63,582 nt of DNA from a virus (lineage: Duplodnaviria; Caudoviricetes), in the IMG/VR virus record IMGVR_UViG_3300036846_000316, positions 1-63,582 of that record; one strand, written 5' to 3'. The notes beneath the pieces are model-generated. The model was not told the DNA's origin and did not search any database. It saw nothing but the letters and a program-made list of their open reading frames with translations. Below are positions 9,197 through 19,177 of the stretch, in pieces; the stretch's first letter is position 1; every line of letters starts with the position of its first letter. Both the position numbers and the translations under genes were made by a program.

Positions 9197-11059
9197 ATGC
9201 CGCAATCACGCCCCGGGCGTGACGACTTAGAATTTTGGTTCGTCGACTTCGAGACATTTTACTCATCCGATTACACACTGCGCTCGCTCGATCCTCCCAG
9301 TTACATTCTGGACCCCCGCTTTGAGGCGATCTGCCTCGGCGCGGCACGCGGCTTCACCGAGCCGCCCCGGATCGTCGACGGCCCAGACATCCCCCACTTC
9401 CTCGCCAACCTGCCACCCAACGTGGCGATGTGCTCGCACAACGCCCTGTTCGACATGGCCATCCTGTCATGGGTCTACGGCTACGTGCCGAAGCTGATCG
9501 TCGACACCTTGGCGATGGCCCGCACCCTGCTGGCGCACATCCTGAAGCGGCTCGATCTCGGCACCATCGCCCGGCACATCGGGCTGGTGAAGGGCGACAT
9601 GGTGCAGAAGGTCAAGGGCATGACCCGCGCCGACATCATCGCCAACGGCCTGTGGGATGACGAGGTCTCCTACTGCCTGCAGGACACTGCGATCTGCCGC
9701 GCCATCTTTCTCCACCTGCTGCCGCTGCTGCCGCCCGAGGAACTGATCCTGCACGACATCATTGCTAGGTGCACAATAGAACCGGCACTCAGGCTCGATG
9801 TCGATCTGCTGTACCAGCATCTCGGCGAAGTCCAATGGGACAAGCAAAAGCTGTTCATGCACGCGATGTTCGCCGGGCTGGAGGACAAATCCCAACTCAT
9901 GAGCAACCAGCAGTTCGCCGAACTGCTGCGCAACTATGGCGTCGAGCCACCGATGAAGGTCAGCAAGTCGACCGGGCTGATGACCTTCGCCTTCGCCCGC
10001 ACTGATCCGGCCTTCCTCGAACTGATCGACCACGAAGACCCGCGCGTCGGTGCGCTGGTCGAGGCAAGGCTGGGCCACAAATCCACCATCGAAGAGACGC
10101 GCACCCAGCGCATGCTCAACATCGCTTCGCTCGACTTCCCCCACCATGGCGGCACGGGCGTGATGCCGATCCCGCTGATCGTCGGCGCGGCGCACACCCA
10201 TCGGCTGGGCGGCGGCTGGAAGCTGAACTGCCAGAACTGGGGGCGCACGTCGCCGATCCGCAAGTCGATCAAGGCACCGCCCGGCCATAAGCTGGTGGTT
10301 GCCGATGCCCGCCAGATCGAGTGCCGGACCAACGCCGAGTTCTGCCATCAGGAGAACTTGCTGGAGGAGTTCCGCCGCAACGAGGACGTCTACCTCAACT
10401 TCGCCAACGAGATCGGCGTGATCCGCTTCATCGGCAAGATCGGTGTTCTCCAACTCGGATATCAGGCGAGCGGCGGCCGGTTCCAGCAAAGCGTGTGGGT
10501 CGAGAGCTTCAAGGCGGGCGGCGATCCGGTGTGGCTCGACGACATCGAGAGCGAGCGCGTGGTGCAGGGGTTCCGCCGCCGCTACAGCCGCATCAGGGAC
10601 ATGTGGTACTGGCTGCCGCGCATGTTCGGTATCCTCGCTGGCCACGCCCCGCCGGTCGAGTACGGGCCGATCCGGTTCGAGAAGGGCCGCATCGTCGGAC
10701 CGACCGGGCTGTGTCTGTACTATCCGAACATGCGCTACGAGGACGGAGAATGGTTCTTCGACCAAGGTGGCGTGAAGACCAAAATTTATGGCGGCAAGAT
10801 GCTGGAGAACATCATCCAGTTCCTCGCCCGGTGCAACACGATGTCAGTTGCCGTGCGGCTCAAGAAGCCGCTGCTGGAACATAGTTCCCGCTTGACACAT
10901 ACATCCCATGACGAGTTAGTATACGCCGTGCCGGACAGGTTCGTAGACACGGTCAAGCCAATCATCCACGCCGAAATGTGCCGCCCCCCGCTCTGGATGC
11001 CGACCATCCCGCTCGACTGCGAGATCGGCGTCGGCGATACCTACGGAGAAGCCAAGTGA
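9197..11059 (+). CDS. Family A DNA polymerase with 3'-5' exonuclease
   Basis: Exo I DFETF, Exo II HNALFD, Exo III YCLQD; motif A DARQIECR, motif B RFIGKIGVLQLGY, motif C SHDEL. Confidence 0.93.
   Translation: MPQSRPGRDDLEFWFVDFETFYSSDYTLRSLDPPSYILDPRFEAICLGAARGFTEPPRIVDGPDIPHFLANLPPNVAMCSHNALFDMAILSWVYGYVPKLIVDTLAMARTLLAHILKRLDLGTIARHIGLVKGDMVQKVKGMTRADIIANGLWDDEVSYCLQDTAICRAIFLHLLPLLPPEELILHDIIARCTIEPALRLDVDLLYQHLGEVQWDKQKLFMHAMFAGLEDKSQLMSNQQFAELLRNYGVEPPMKVSKSTGLMTFAFARTDPAFLELIDHEDPRVGALVEARLGHKSTIEETRTQRMLNIASLDFPHHGGTGVMPIPLIVGAAHTHRLGGGWKLNCQNWGRTSPIRKSIKAPPGHKLVVADARQIECRTNAEFCHQENLLEEFRRNEDVYLNFANEIGVIRFIGKIGVLQLGYQASGGRFQQSVWVESFKAGGDPVWLDDIESERVVQGFRRRYSRIRDMWYWLPRMFGILAGHAPPVEYGPIRFEKGRIVGPTGLCLYYPNMRYEDGEWFFDQGGVKTKIYGGKMLENIIQFLARCNTMSVAVRLKKPLLEHSSRLTHTSHDELVYAVPDRFVDTVKPIIHAEMCRPPLWMPTIPLDCEIGVGDTYGEAK
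9206..9222. repeat. 17-bp palindrome (copy 5, in the polymerase N-terminus)
   Basis: Exact; read as SRPGRD. Confidence 0.95.
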
Positions 11060-11061
11060 CC

Positions 11062-11286
11062 ATGCAGCCCCGGAACTGGTTCAAATGCGACCGCTGCGGC
11101 GACGAGGCATACGTCAGCTTCGGCAACACGCCGACGACCGTGCGGAACCTGCCGCCGGAAGGCTGGGTTATGTTGCGAACCGGGGACGATCCGTCACAGC
11201 CTGCGCAGCACCTGTGCCCGCCATGCTCATTCGGATTGACCGGCTACCTCAAAGGGGGATCGCTCGGCCAAGCGAGCGGTTCATGA
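11062..11286 (+). CDS. Small C4 zinc-finger protein
   Basis: CDRC...HLCPPC. Confidence 0.65.
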   Translation: MQPRNWFKCDRCGDEAYVSFGNTPTTVRNLPPEGWVMLRTGDDPSQPAQHLCPPCSFGLTGYLKGGSLGQASGS

Positions 11287-11289
11287 TGA

Positions 11290-11340
11290 CCTCCCGGCAG
11301 CCTGCCTTCCCCTCATCTACCGGCTGCCGGGAGGATTTTT
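11290..11340 (+). terminator. Intrinsic terminator-like hairpin
   Basis: CCTCCCGGCAGCC...GGCTGCCGGGAGG followed by ATTTTT, then palindrome copy 6. Confidence 0.55.
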
Positions 11341-11341
11341 G

Positions 11342-11358
11342 TCACGCCCCGGGCGTGA
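11342..11358. repeat. 17-bp palindrome (copy 6)
   Basis: Exact, intergenic. Confidence 0.95.
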
Positions 11359-11434
11359 CGTGAGTACGACTGGTGTCATTAGGAACTGGGCCCGGTTCGT
11401 AGAAACCATGGCGTCGAGCATTAGGGACACATCC

Positions 11435-12151
11435 ATGAGCACCACAACCTTCGACGGCCGACCTATCGAGAAGCCGTTCGCGTGGTCGTTCAGCGCGCTC
11501 GACAACTTCGAGACATGCGCTAAGAAGTACTACCACGGCAAGATCAAGAAGGACTTCCCCGACAAGCCCGGACCCGACGCGTCGTGGGGTCTCAAGGTAC
11601 ATGCCGCGATGGCCGACCGGATCATGAAAGCGAAGCCGTTGCCCGACGGCATGCAGCAGTGGGAGAAGTGGGCGGACTGGGCGATGGAGAACAGCGACCG
11701 CACGCAGGTGATCATGCGCTGCGAGCACAAGCTGGCTGTTACCGAACGCCTGCAACCCTGCGAGTACTTCGACAAACAGTTACAGCCGTGGTTCCGCACC
11801 GTGGCCGACGTGATCAAGATCAGGATGCCGTACCTCAGGATCATCGACTGGAAGACCGGCAACTTCAAGGAAGGCAGCGACCAGCTTCTGCTCACCGCCG
11901 CCACCGCGTTCGCCCACTATCCCGAGGCGACGCATGCCCTTTGCCAGTTCGTCTGGCTGAAGGACGACCTCAAGACCGAGGAACTGTTCGCCCGCTCCGA
12001 GATGCCCTACCTGTGGGCACGTTACGCCCCGCGCGTGACAAGGATGAAGGAAGCGGCGCTGACCAGCGAATATCCCCCCAACCCGAGCGGCCTATGCAAA
12101 CGCCACTGCCCGGTGACTTCATGCCCCTACTTCGGCAAAGGGTCCTACTGA
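11435..12151 (+). CDS. PD-(D/E)XK (Cas4/RecB-like) exonuclease
   Basis: WSFSAL..FETC, GLKVH, ADV...IIDWKTG, C-terminal CKRHCPVTSC cluster. Confidence 0.85.
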   Translation: MSTTTFDGRPIEKPFAWSFSALDNFETCAKKYYHGKIKKDFPDKPGPDASWGLKVHAAMADRIMKAKPLPDGMQQWEKWADWAMENSDRTQVIMRCEHKLAVTERLQPCEYFDKQLQPWFRTVADVIKIRMPYLRIIDWKTGNFKEGSDQLLLTAATAFAHYPEATHALCQFVWLKDDLKTEELFARSEMPYLWARYAPRVTRMKEAALTSEYPPNPSGLCKRHCPVTSCPYFGKGSY

Positions 12152-12477
12152 TGGCCCGGCGCGAGGTTCTGGAGCGCGAGATCAAGAAGCGCATCTCGGC
12201 GTACCTCGACAGCCTGTCGTCAGCGAGCGTGCCGGTGTACTACCGGATGCACGTCCCGTTCGGGTACGGCAAAAAGAGCATCGACTACGAAGGCTGCATC
12301 TGCGGGCGGTTCTTCGGGATCGAGGCCAAGTCGCCAGACAACGCCGCCGGTCTGACGGTCCAGCAGCGAGACACCTGCTTGGACATTCTGGCGGGCGGCG
12401 GCAAGGTGTTCATCATCTCGGACCATGTCGGTCTGAGCGCGTTCATGCGGTGGGTAGAGCGATGCTGCAGAACCTGA
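12151..12477 (+). CDS. VRR-NUC domain nuclease / Holliday junction resolvase
   Basis: ERE...DYEGC..GRFFGIEAK...LTVQQ...GGKVFII. Confidence 0.8.
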   Translation: MARREVLEREIKKRISAYLDSLSSASVPVYYRMHVPFGYGKKSIDYEGCICGRFFGIEAKSPDNAAGLTVQQRDTCLDILAGGGKVFIISDHVGLSAFMRWVERCCRT

Positions 12478-13877
12478 GGGCAATGGGCGTCGCGGCGCAC
12501 CCGCACATCTCCCAATCCAACTACGACTGGTGCGGCGGCAAGCCGTTCGACATCCAGAAGAAGACGGTGGAATTGCTGACCGAGCATCCACGCGCCTACG
12601 TCCTCAACTCTATGGGCACCGGGAAGACGAAATGTGCGCTCTGGGCCTTCGATTATTTGCGGCGCTCGACTTCCTGTCGGCGCATGTTGGTCGTTGCACC
12701 GCTGTCGACGCTGCGCTTCACTTGGGGCCGCGAGATTTTTCTGACGACGCCGCAGTACAAATTCAACGTGCTGCATGGCACCACGGAAAAGCGCCTGAAG
12801 CTGCTGGCCGAACCCACGGACATCTACATCGTCAACCACGACGGCCTCAGGATCATCGCCGACGCGGTCGCTAAGCGGCCTGACATCGACGTCATCTGCA
12901 TCGACGAACTGGCGACCTACCGCAACCGCACCAAGAAGACCCGGATCGCCGAGGACCTGTGCCGACGCAAGCCCATCGTCTGGGGCATGACCGGCGCGCC
13001 CACCCCCAATGCCCCGACCGACGCCTTCCAGCAGGCGAAGATCATCACGCCCCATACAGTGCCCAAGTACTTCGGCTCCTTCCGCGACGCGACCATGTAC
13101 CGGATCAACCAGTTCAAGTTTGCGCCGCGCCCGGGGGCGCGCGAGACCGTGCTGGCGGCGCTGCAGCCCAACGTGCGCTTCACGCTCGACGACGTGATGG
13201 AGTTGCCGCCCTTCATTAGCCGCGTCACCGACGTGGACATGGGACCGAAGCAAGAACAGATATACAAGGCGGTGAAGAAGGACTGCTATGCGCTGCTGCA
13301 GCAGGGCAAGATCAAAGCGGCGAACGCGGGCGCGGTCATGTCCAAGCTGCTGCAGATCAGCTTGGGCTGGGTCTATCTCGATGACAAGAGCGTCGCCCAA
13401 CTCGACAACGAGGCACGCAATCAGGCGCTGCTCGATACGGTGCAGGCGGCCGAGCGCAAGGTGCTGGTGTTCGTGCCATTCAAGCACGCGCTGCGGGGCA
13501 TCCATAACCTGCTGGGCAAGAATGCGATTAGCAACGCAATGGTAAGTGGTGATACGCCACTGAAGGAACGCGACGAAATCTTCCGCGCCTTCCAGTTCGG
13601 TGACGATCCCAAGGTGATCGAGGCGCACCCCGAGTGCGTCAGCCACGGCATCACGCTGACAGCGGCGGACACTGTCATCTGGTACGGGCCGATCACGTCG
13701 ACCGAGATTTACGATCAGGCGAACGCGCGCATCCGCCGCGTCGGCCAGCACAGCAAGCAACTGTTCCTGCACCTGCAGGCCACGAAGTCTGAGCGGCACA
13801 TCTACAATCTATTGATGCGCAAGATCACCATACAGGACGAACTGCTCAAGATGTTGGAACGGGAGAGCGCGCCATGA
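12462..13877 (+). CDS. SNF2-like superfamily 2 helicase
   Basis: MGTGKT, IDE, MTGAP, HGITLT, QANARIRRVGQ. Confidence 0.92.
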   Translation: MLQNLRAMGVAAHPHISQSNYDWCGGKPFDIQKKTVELLTEHPRAYVLNSMGTGKTKCALWAFDYLRRSTSCRRMLVVAPLSTLRFTWGREIFLTTPQYKFNVLHGTTEKRLKLLAEPTDIYIVNHDGLRIIADAVAKRPDIDVICIDELATYRNRTKKTRIAEDLCRRKPIVWGMTGAPTPNAPTDAFQQAKIITPHTVPKYFGSFRDATMYRINQFKFAPRPGARETVLAALQPNVRFTLDDVMELPPFISRVTDVDMGPKQEQIYKAVKKDCYALLQQGKIKAANAGAVMSKLLQISLGWVYLDDKSVAQLDNEARNQALLDTVQAAERKVLVFVPFKHALRGIHNLLGKNAISNAMVSGDTPLKERDEIFRAFQFGDDPKVIEAHPECVSHGITLTAADTVIWYGPITSTEIYDQANARIRRVGQHSKQLFLHLQATKSERHIYNLLMRKITIQDELLKMLERESAP

Positions 13878-14266
13878 ACGACAACACGCTCAACGAGATG
13901 ATCACCAGCTACATCGCCCTGCGAGACAAGAAGGCGTCCATCGAGAAAGAGCAGAAGGCAGTGATCAAGAACTACGACGATGCGATGGACCAGATCGAAA
14001 ACTTCTTGATGGGACACCTGCGTCAGCAGAAGCTGACCAACATGGCTTGCGAGGCAGGCGTCGCCTTCATCAAGCGCAAGCGCAGCGCGACTGTCGGCGA
14101 TACCCAGACTTTTCGTGAGCACGTAATATCAACAGGGAACTTTGACTTGTGTGACTTTCGTGCTAAACCTGAAGCCGTCGAGGACTATGCCAAAGACCAT
14201 GACGGCGAGGTGCCACCCGGCGTCAACTTTCGCACCTACGATGCCGTTCAAGTAAACCGCAAATAA
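13874..14266 (+). CDS. Conserved phage coiled-coil protein of the replication module
   Basis: ATGA coupling; YIALRDKK coiled coil and C-terminal GEVPPGV. Confidence 0.7.
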   Translation: MNDNTLNEMITSYIALRDKKASIEKEQKAVIKNYDDAMDQIENFLMGHLRQQKLTNMACEAGVAFIKRKRSATVGDTQTFREHVISTGNFDLCDFRAKPEAVEDYAKDHDGEVPPGVNFRTYDAVQVNRK

Positions 14267-14277
14267 GGGAGCGTCCC

Positions 14278-15627
14278 ATGAGCAACGGCGAACTGACGAT
14301 CTTCAAACAGGGCGGGCAGGTCTCGACGGCCTTCCAAGGCGTGACCCTGCCGAGCCAGCGGCTCGACGATGGCGTGAGCGCAGGCTTCGCCAAGCTGAGT
14401 TACAAGGGCTCCAAGTGGGGCATCAAGTATCAGGGCGCGTATCATCCGGTGCAGGCCCGCATGCCGGACGGCACGATCATCCAGTCGCCCTTCCTCGACG
14501 TGGTGATCCTGCGCGCCGCCGGGCATCCGTCGAAGGCGTGGTACGAAGGGCTGTACTCGGAAGGCGACAACTCGCCGCCCGACTGCTGGTCGACCAACGG
14601 GCTCAAGCCCGATGTCGGAGTGCCGAAGATACAGTGCGCCACCTGCATCGGTTGCCCGTGGAACGTGTGGGGCAGCAAGGTCAACCGCGATACCGGCGAG
14701 GCGACGCGCGGCAAGGCGTGCATGGACAGCAAGCGGCTGGCCGTCGTGCCGGTCGGCGACATCGAGAACAAGTACTACGGCGGGCCGATGATGCTGAACG
14801 TGCCGCCGACGTCGCTGAAGCGGCTGGGCCCCTACCAGAACGCGCTGGAGGCGAACACCATCCACTATACGCAGGTCTGGACCCGCATCACGTTCGAGGG
14901 TCAGTCGGCCTACCCGCTGTTCATCTTCGACGCCATGCAGGCGCTGAACGACGTGCAGGCGGCGCAGGTGGTCAAAATGATGAACCACCCGCTGATCGAC
15001 CGCATCCTGAACACCGAGTTGCGCACCGCCGAGGCGTGGGACGATCCGTCGATCCAGCCGCAGGGCCAGCCGCAGCAGACGGCGACGGTGCACCAGCTTC
15101 ATCCGCAGGCTCAGGCGCAGCCCCAGCCGTCGGTGATCGTCACCCCGCCGCCCGCCCAGCAGCCCGAGGACGATCTCAAGCCGCCGGGGTTCCTGCAGCG
15201 CCAGCCCGAGCAGCAGGCTCCTCCGGCCCAGCCGGTCGCACCCCCGCCGCCCACGGCCGCCGCACCCCAGACCCCGGCTCACCAGCCCGTGCAGGAGGTC
15301 ATGCCGCCGCCTGCCCATCAGGCTCCGACCCTGCCGCCGGGTATGACCCTGCCGCCCGGGATGACCCCCGAGATGGCCGCCGCGTTCATGGCCCAGATGC
15401 AGCCCAAGGCGACCAGCCGGGGCCGGGGACGGCCGCGCACCCCACCGGTCCAGCCGACCAACATGGACAGCAGCCAGCCTCAGGCGGCTGCCGAACCGGC
15501 TACCCCGGTGGCTGCCGCCACCATGGTGACCCCCAGCGGGCCGCCTGCCGCCCCTCAGGCGAACGGCGCAGCCGCGCCTGACGCCGCCGTGTCGTCGATC
15601 ATGAGCACGGTCAAGAACCTGCTCTAG
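14278..15627 (+). CDS. Putative ssDNA-binding / recombination protein with Pro/Gln-rich tail
   Basis: PDCWS...CATCIGCPWN..GS...GKAC core typical of phage SSB-like proteins at this position; function inferred. Confidence 0.6.
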   Translation: MSNGELTIFKQGGQVSTAFQGVTLPSQRLDDGVSAGFAKLSYKGSKWGIKYQGAYHPVQARMPDGTIIQSPFLDVVILRAAGHPSKAWYEGLYSEGDNSPPDCWSTNGLKPDVGVPKIQCATCIGCPWNVWGSKVNRDTGEATRGKACMDSKRLAVVPVGDIENKYYGGPMMLNVPPTSLKRLGPYQNALEANTIHYTQVWTRITFEGQSAYPLFIFDAMQALNDVQAAQVVKMMNHPLIDRILNTELRTAEAWDDPSIQPQGQPQQTATVHQLHPQAQAQPQPSVIVTPPPAQQPEDDLKPPGFLQRQPEQQAPPAQPVAPPPPTAAAPQTPAHQPVQEVMPPPAHQAPTLPPGMTLPPGMTPEMAAAFMAQMQPKATSRGRGRPRTPPVQPTNMDSSQPQAAAEPATPVAAATMVTPSGPPAAPQANGAAAPDAAVSSIMSTVKNLL

Positions 15628-15638
15628 CTGATGTCCCT

Positions 15639-15670
15639 GTCACACTGCGCAGTTAATTGCGCAGTGTGAC
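15639..15670. other. 32-bp near-perfect palindrome upstream of the primase gene
   Basis: GTCACACTGCGCA-gttaat-TGCGCAGTGTGAC. Confidence 0.8.
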
Positions 15671-15691
15671 CGTCCTTCGAGGGGAAGGTCG

Positions 15692-18600
15692 ATGTCGGAT
15701 ATCGCCAAATTTCTGGCACGCGTAGTGCCGTGGCCATCGGCGTCGGTGGCGGGCTTCGTCAACGTCCACTGGCCGTTCATTGGTCGAGACGGTAAAGACC
15801 ATTGGGCCGGACAGGCGTTCACCGACCAGCAGACGGCGACGAAGTACGTCAACGGCATGTTGCGGAACAGCAAGGACCTGTTCCTGTGCATGAGCCTGCA
15901 GCGCAACGCCCAGCAGCAGAAGCCTAACGCTCAAGGGAAGCTGCGCCGGAAGGCGGTTCGAGCCAGTGCGAACGCCATCTTCCTACGGGCGTTCTGGCTC
16001 GACGTCGATCTGTGGAAGCCGGGCGACCTCAACGATAAGAAGTATCGCACTACTGACGAAGCGCTGAAGGCGTTTGTCGAGTGGCGTCAGAAGACTGGCT
16101 TACCGCCTGTCAGTCTGATCGTGTTCACTGGCTCTGGTGGTTTCCATGTCTACTGGGTGCTGCACGAGCCGATCACGGTCGAGGCGTGGCAGCCCATCGC
16201 CGAGGCGCTGAAGGCCGCCTGCCAGCAGGGTGGGTTCGAGGCGGATCACGGTCGCACCGCCGTCCCGGCGCAGGTGCTGCGCATCCCCGGCACCAGCAAC
16301 CACAAACATAACCCTCCGCGTCTAGCGGTAATCGCGCACGAGGGACCAGACATCGCGCTGGCCGACATCGAGACGCCGCTGTTGACTTATAAGTCAACTC
16401 ACGCCCCGGGCGTGACATTCGTCAATCCCCGTCAGATGTCGTTAAAACTCGGCAGCATCTCCCCGGCGTTCGCGGGCGTCACCCTGCCCGGCCGCCTCGA
16501 TGCCGGGCTCGACGCCTACGTGCCGACCATCGAAGAAGTCGCCGACGAGTGCCCGTGGGTCGACGCTCTGCTGCAGACCGGCGGCGCGCAGCGCGGCGAG
16601 AACGAATGGCGCGAGAGTTTGCGGGTCGCCTACTATGTGCAGGATGGAGCCGAGGTCGCGCACGAATTGAGCGACGGCCATGCGACCTACGCCGAGCAGG
16701 ACACCGACGCCAAGTTCGCTGCCATCGAGCACAGCCACGGCAACGGCCGGATCGGCTGGCCGCAGTGCCGCACGATCCACGATATAGGCGCTGGCGAATG
16801 CAAGTACTGTCCGCACCTACCTAAGGGCAAATCGCCGCTCAACTTCGCAATTCCCAAAGCCGTCGTCGCGGTTGCCGCTGCGACCGCAATTGCTGTTTCC
16901 CCCATAACGTCGGCCATGCCGACCCAGCCTGAGTGGTTGCCGCCGTCGTACTACCATGACGCAAGGCGCTGTATCTTTCGGGAGATCGAAGACCCGAAGG
17001 AAGAAGGCAAGTTGCTCCGCAATGAAATCTTCCCCTTGCCGCTCTATAACTTCCACGTCTACGACAAGGCGGCGGTCGGCGGCAGGCATGTACTGGACTT
17101 CGATTGCGCGGTCACGTCGATTATAATTAGGAGGGTAGAGGCAATTAGCTTCACCGATATGATCGACCTTCGTAAGTTGGGAGAGAAGCTGACCGACTAC
17201 GGCATCCCTGCGCTCCCGCACCAACTCCAAGATTTGAGGACGTTCATGGTCTCGTTCGTGCAGAAACTGGAGCAGGCCAAAGGTCGGGTCACAATCTACC
17301 GTAGCGCGCCATTCGGCTGGCTGGAAGTCGACAGAAAGGTCGCTGGCTTCGTCTATAACCGCAAGCTGTTCAATAGCAAGGACCCGGTTCCGATCCAACC
17401 ACTGCGGTCGGTGGCGGGCATGGCCTACGAGCCAACCGGCGATCTGGCGGCGTGGAAGAACGTCATGAAGTTGATCACCGATCAGAAGCGGCCAGAACTG
17501 ATCGTGCCGATCTGCGCCAGCATCGGCACCCCGTTGCTTCCTATGACAGGCATCGACGGCGCGGTTCTTCACCTGTGCGGCCCTAGTGGCAGCGGCAAAT
17601 CCCGAGCCTTGCAGTCCGCACAGTCGGTCTGGGGGAGCCCAGCGAAGATCAGCAACTATGATGACACGGTGGCCAACATCGACCTCAAGCTGCAGCAATT
17701 GCACAACTTGCCCAAGGTCTACGATGACGTGTCCTTGACCATGGACAAGAAGCTGATCGGCCTGTTCATGCGTGTCAGCATGGGCGTAGGCCGGGGTAAG
17801 GCGCAGCGCAGCGGGCAAGACATCGCCGAGAGCCACGATTGGTGCACGCTGATGATATCGGCATCGAACCTTGAAGTGCATGCCCACATCAATGAGTTCG
17901 AGACGACCAACGTCGCCGCGATGAACCGAGTGTTCGAGTACCATGTCGGGAAGAACAAAAGCCGGTTCGGCATGCTCGACACGGGCTCCGAGGCGGAGCG
18001 CATGTATGCTTTGCTGAAGCGAAACTATGGTGTCGCCGGATTGGAGATTGCCAAGTATTACGGCAACAACCATGACAACCTCGACATGGTCGTCGCCAAG
18101 CTGTGCCAGATGGTCCACCAGCGCGGGCAATGCGGGGACGACGACCGCTACTACATTCCGATCATCGCAGTATCTCTTGCTGGTGCGCTCGTGGGCACCA
18201 AGTTGGGGTTGATCGACGTGGATACAGATCAGTTGGAAGGTTTCCTGATCGAGCAACTGCAGGAGCAGCGACGGCAGCGTAAGTCGTCGTCTAGCAATCT
18301 CACCGAACAGGCGAACGTCGAGGGGTTGATCAGCGAGTTTGTGAAATCCTGCCGCGACCGGACCCTGATCAGTGACACGGTCTGGACCCTCCAGTCACGT
18401 CCGCCGACTACCTACAAGCCGACTTGGCTCAATCAGTTTGACTTCAAAGGCCAGCAGATCGACGTTCGCGTCGCGCGCGACGACAAGATCGTCCGGGTGT
18501 CGATGCCCGCGCTGAATGACTGGCTGAAGAAGAACAGGCACATGACCGTCGGCAACCTCAAGCCCGCCATCAAAATGCTGATGCCGAACACGCGCATCAG

Positions 18601-18694
18601 CCAGTTCGATCTTGGCCACGGTTTCAAGAACCTCCAGCAGCCGCGCATCTGGTGCCTTGAGATCGTCGACCCGACCTTCTGGGACTTCAACTAG
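15692..18694 (+). CDS. Primase (AEP/RepB-like) fused to DUF927-type helicase/ATPase
   Basis: WLDVD, TGSGGFHVYW, LRIPGT primase motifs; CxxC region; Walker A GPSGSGKS. Confidence 0.85.
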   Translation: MSDIAKFLARVVPWPSASVAGFVNVHWPFIGRDGKDHWAGQAFTDQQTATKYVNGMLRNSKDLFLCMSLQRNAQQQKPNAQGKLRRKAVRASANAIFLRAFWLDVDLWKPGDLNDKKYRTTDEALKAFVEWRQKTGLPPVSLIVFTGSGGFHVYWVLHEPITVEAWQPIAEALKAACQQGGFEADHGRTAVPAQVLRIPGTSNHKHNPPRLAVIAHEGPDIALADIETPLLTYKSTHAPGVTFVNPRQMSLKLGSISPAFAGVTLPGRLDAGLDAYVPTIEEVADECPWVDALLQTGGAQRGENEWRESLRVAYYVQDGAEVAHELSDGHATYAEQDTDAKFAAIEHSHGNGRIGWPQCRTIHDIGAGECKYCPHLPKGKSPLNFAIPKAVVAVAAATAIAVSPITSAMPTQPEWLPPSYYHDARRCIFREIEDPKEEGKLLRNEIFPLPLYNFHVYDKAAVGGRHVLDFDCAVTSIIIRRVEAISFTDMIDLRKLGEKLTDYGIPALPHQLQDLRTFMVSFVQKLEQAKGRVTIYRSAPFGWLEVDRKVAGFVYNRKLFNSKDPVPIQPLRSVAGMAYEPTGDLAAWKNVMKLITDQKRPELIVPICASIGTPLLPMTGIDGAVLHLCGPSGSGKSRALQSAQSVWGSPAKISNYDDTVANIDLKLQQLHNLPKVYDDVSLTMDKKLIGLFMRVSMGVGRGKAQRSGQDIAESHDWCTLMISASNLEVHAHINEFETTNVAAMNRVFEYHVGKNKSRFGMLDTGSEAERMYALLKRNYGVAGLEIAKYYGNNHDNLDMVVAKLCQMVHQRGQCGDDDRYYIPIIAVSLAGALVGTKLGLIDVDTDQLEGFLIEQLQEQRRQRKSSSSNLTEQANVEGLISEFVKSCRDRTLISDTVWTLQSRPPTTYKPTWLNQFDFKGQQIDVRVARDDKIVRVSMPALNDWLKKNRHMTVGNLKPAIKMLMPNTRISQFDLGHGFKNLQQPRIWCLEIVDPTFWDFN
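16399..16415. repeat. 17-bp palindrome (copy 7, inside the primase gene)
   Basis: Exact; directly preceded by a second perfect palindrome at 16381-16398. Confidence 0.95.
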
Positions 18695-18705
18695 AGGAAG
18701 AAGCG

Positions 18706-18897
18706 ATGGACGTACCCTACCGAGTAGAGCCTGCCCACCGCAGCGCCGACCGGCCGCTGTCCTACGAGATCGTCACCGCCCGCGACGGCGTGCTGTGCAG
18801 CAGCCCCGACATCGTGTTCCTGCATCGCCTTGTCGACCTGCTGAACGCCGACGAAGCTAGTCGACTTTCCGGTAAGTCCCGTCCGCCTGCCGCTTGA
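18706..18897 (+). CDS. Hypothetical protein
   Basis: GAGGA RBS; last + strand gene before the convergence point. Confidence 0.5.
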   Translation: MDVPYRVEPAHRSADRPLSYEIVTARDGVLCSSPDIVFLHRLVDLLNADEASRLSGKSRPPAA

Positions 18898-19177
18898 TGT
18901 GGATCGGCACGTAGCCGGGATCGTGCAGGAAGGACTTGTCGGCCCGGTTGTCGTGCACCGACCGGGGCCGCCAGTTCGAGGGATCGTTCGACCCACCCGC
19001 CGCCAGCGGCTTGATGTGATCGAGGTCCATCCCTTTGTACTCGGCACCCTCGCCGTACTTCTTGATCGCCCAGTAGCGCGCCTTCATCCGGGCGCGCTGC
19101 TTGGCGTTGTCGTACTTGGCGTACTCGCGGTCGTACGGCCGGTAGGTGTGCTTCCGCCCCGTGCCTTCCTGCGCCAT
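18857..19177 (-). CDS. HNH endonuclease
   Basis: DLDHIKPLAAGGSN...NWR...HDNRAD. Confidence 0.8.
   Translation of the reverse strand: MAQEGTGRKHTYRPYDREYAKYDNAKQRARMKARYWAIKKYGEGAEYKGMDLDHIKPLAAGGSNDPSNWRPRSVHDNRADKSFLHDPGYVPIHIKRQADGTYRKVD

Noticed and set aside
11435-12151. Cas4-like nuclease as part of a CRISPR system
   Set aside because: It sits in a standard phage replication module; no array or other cas genes.
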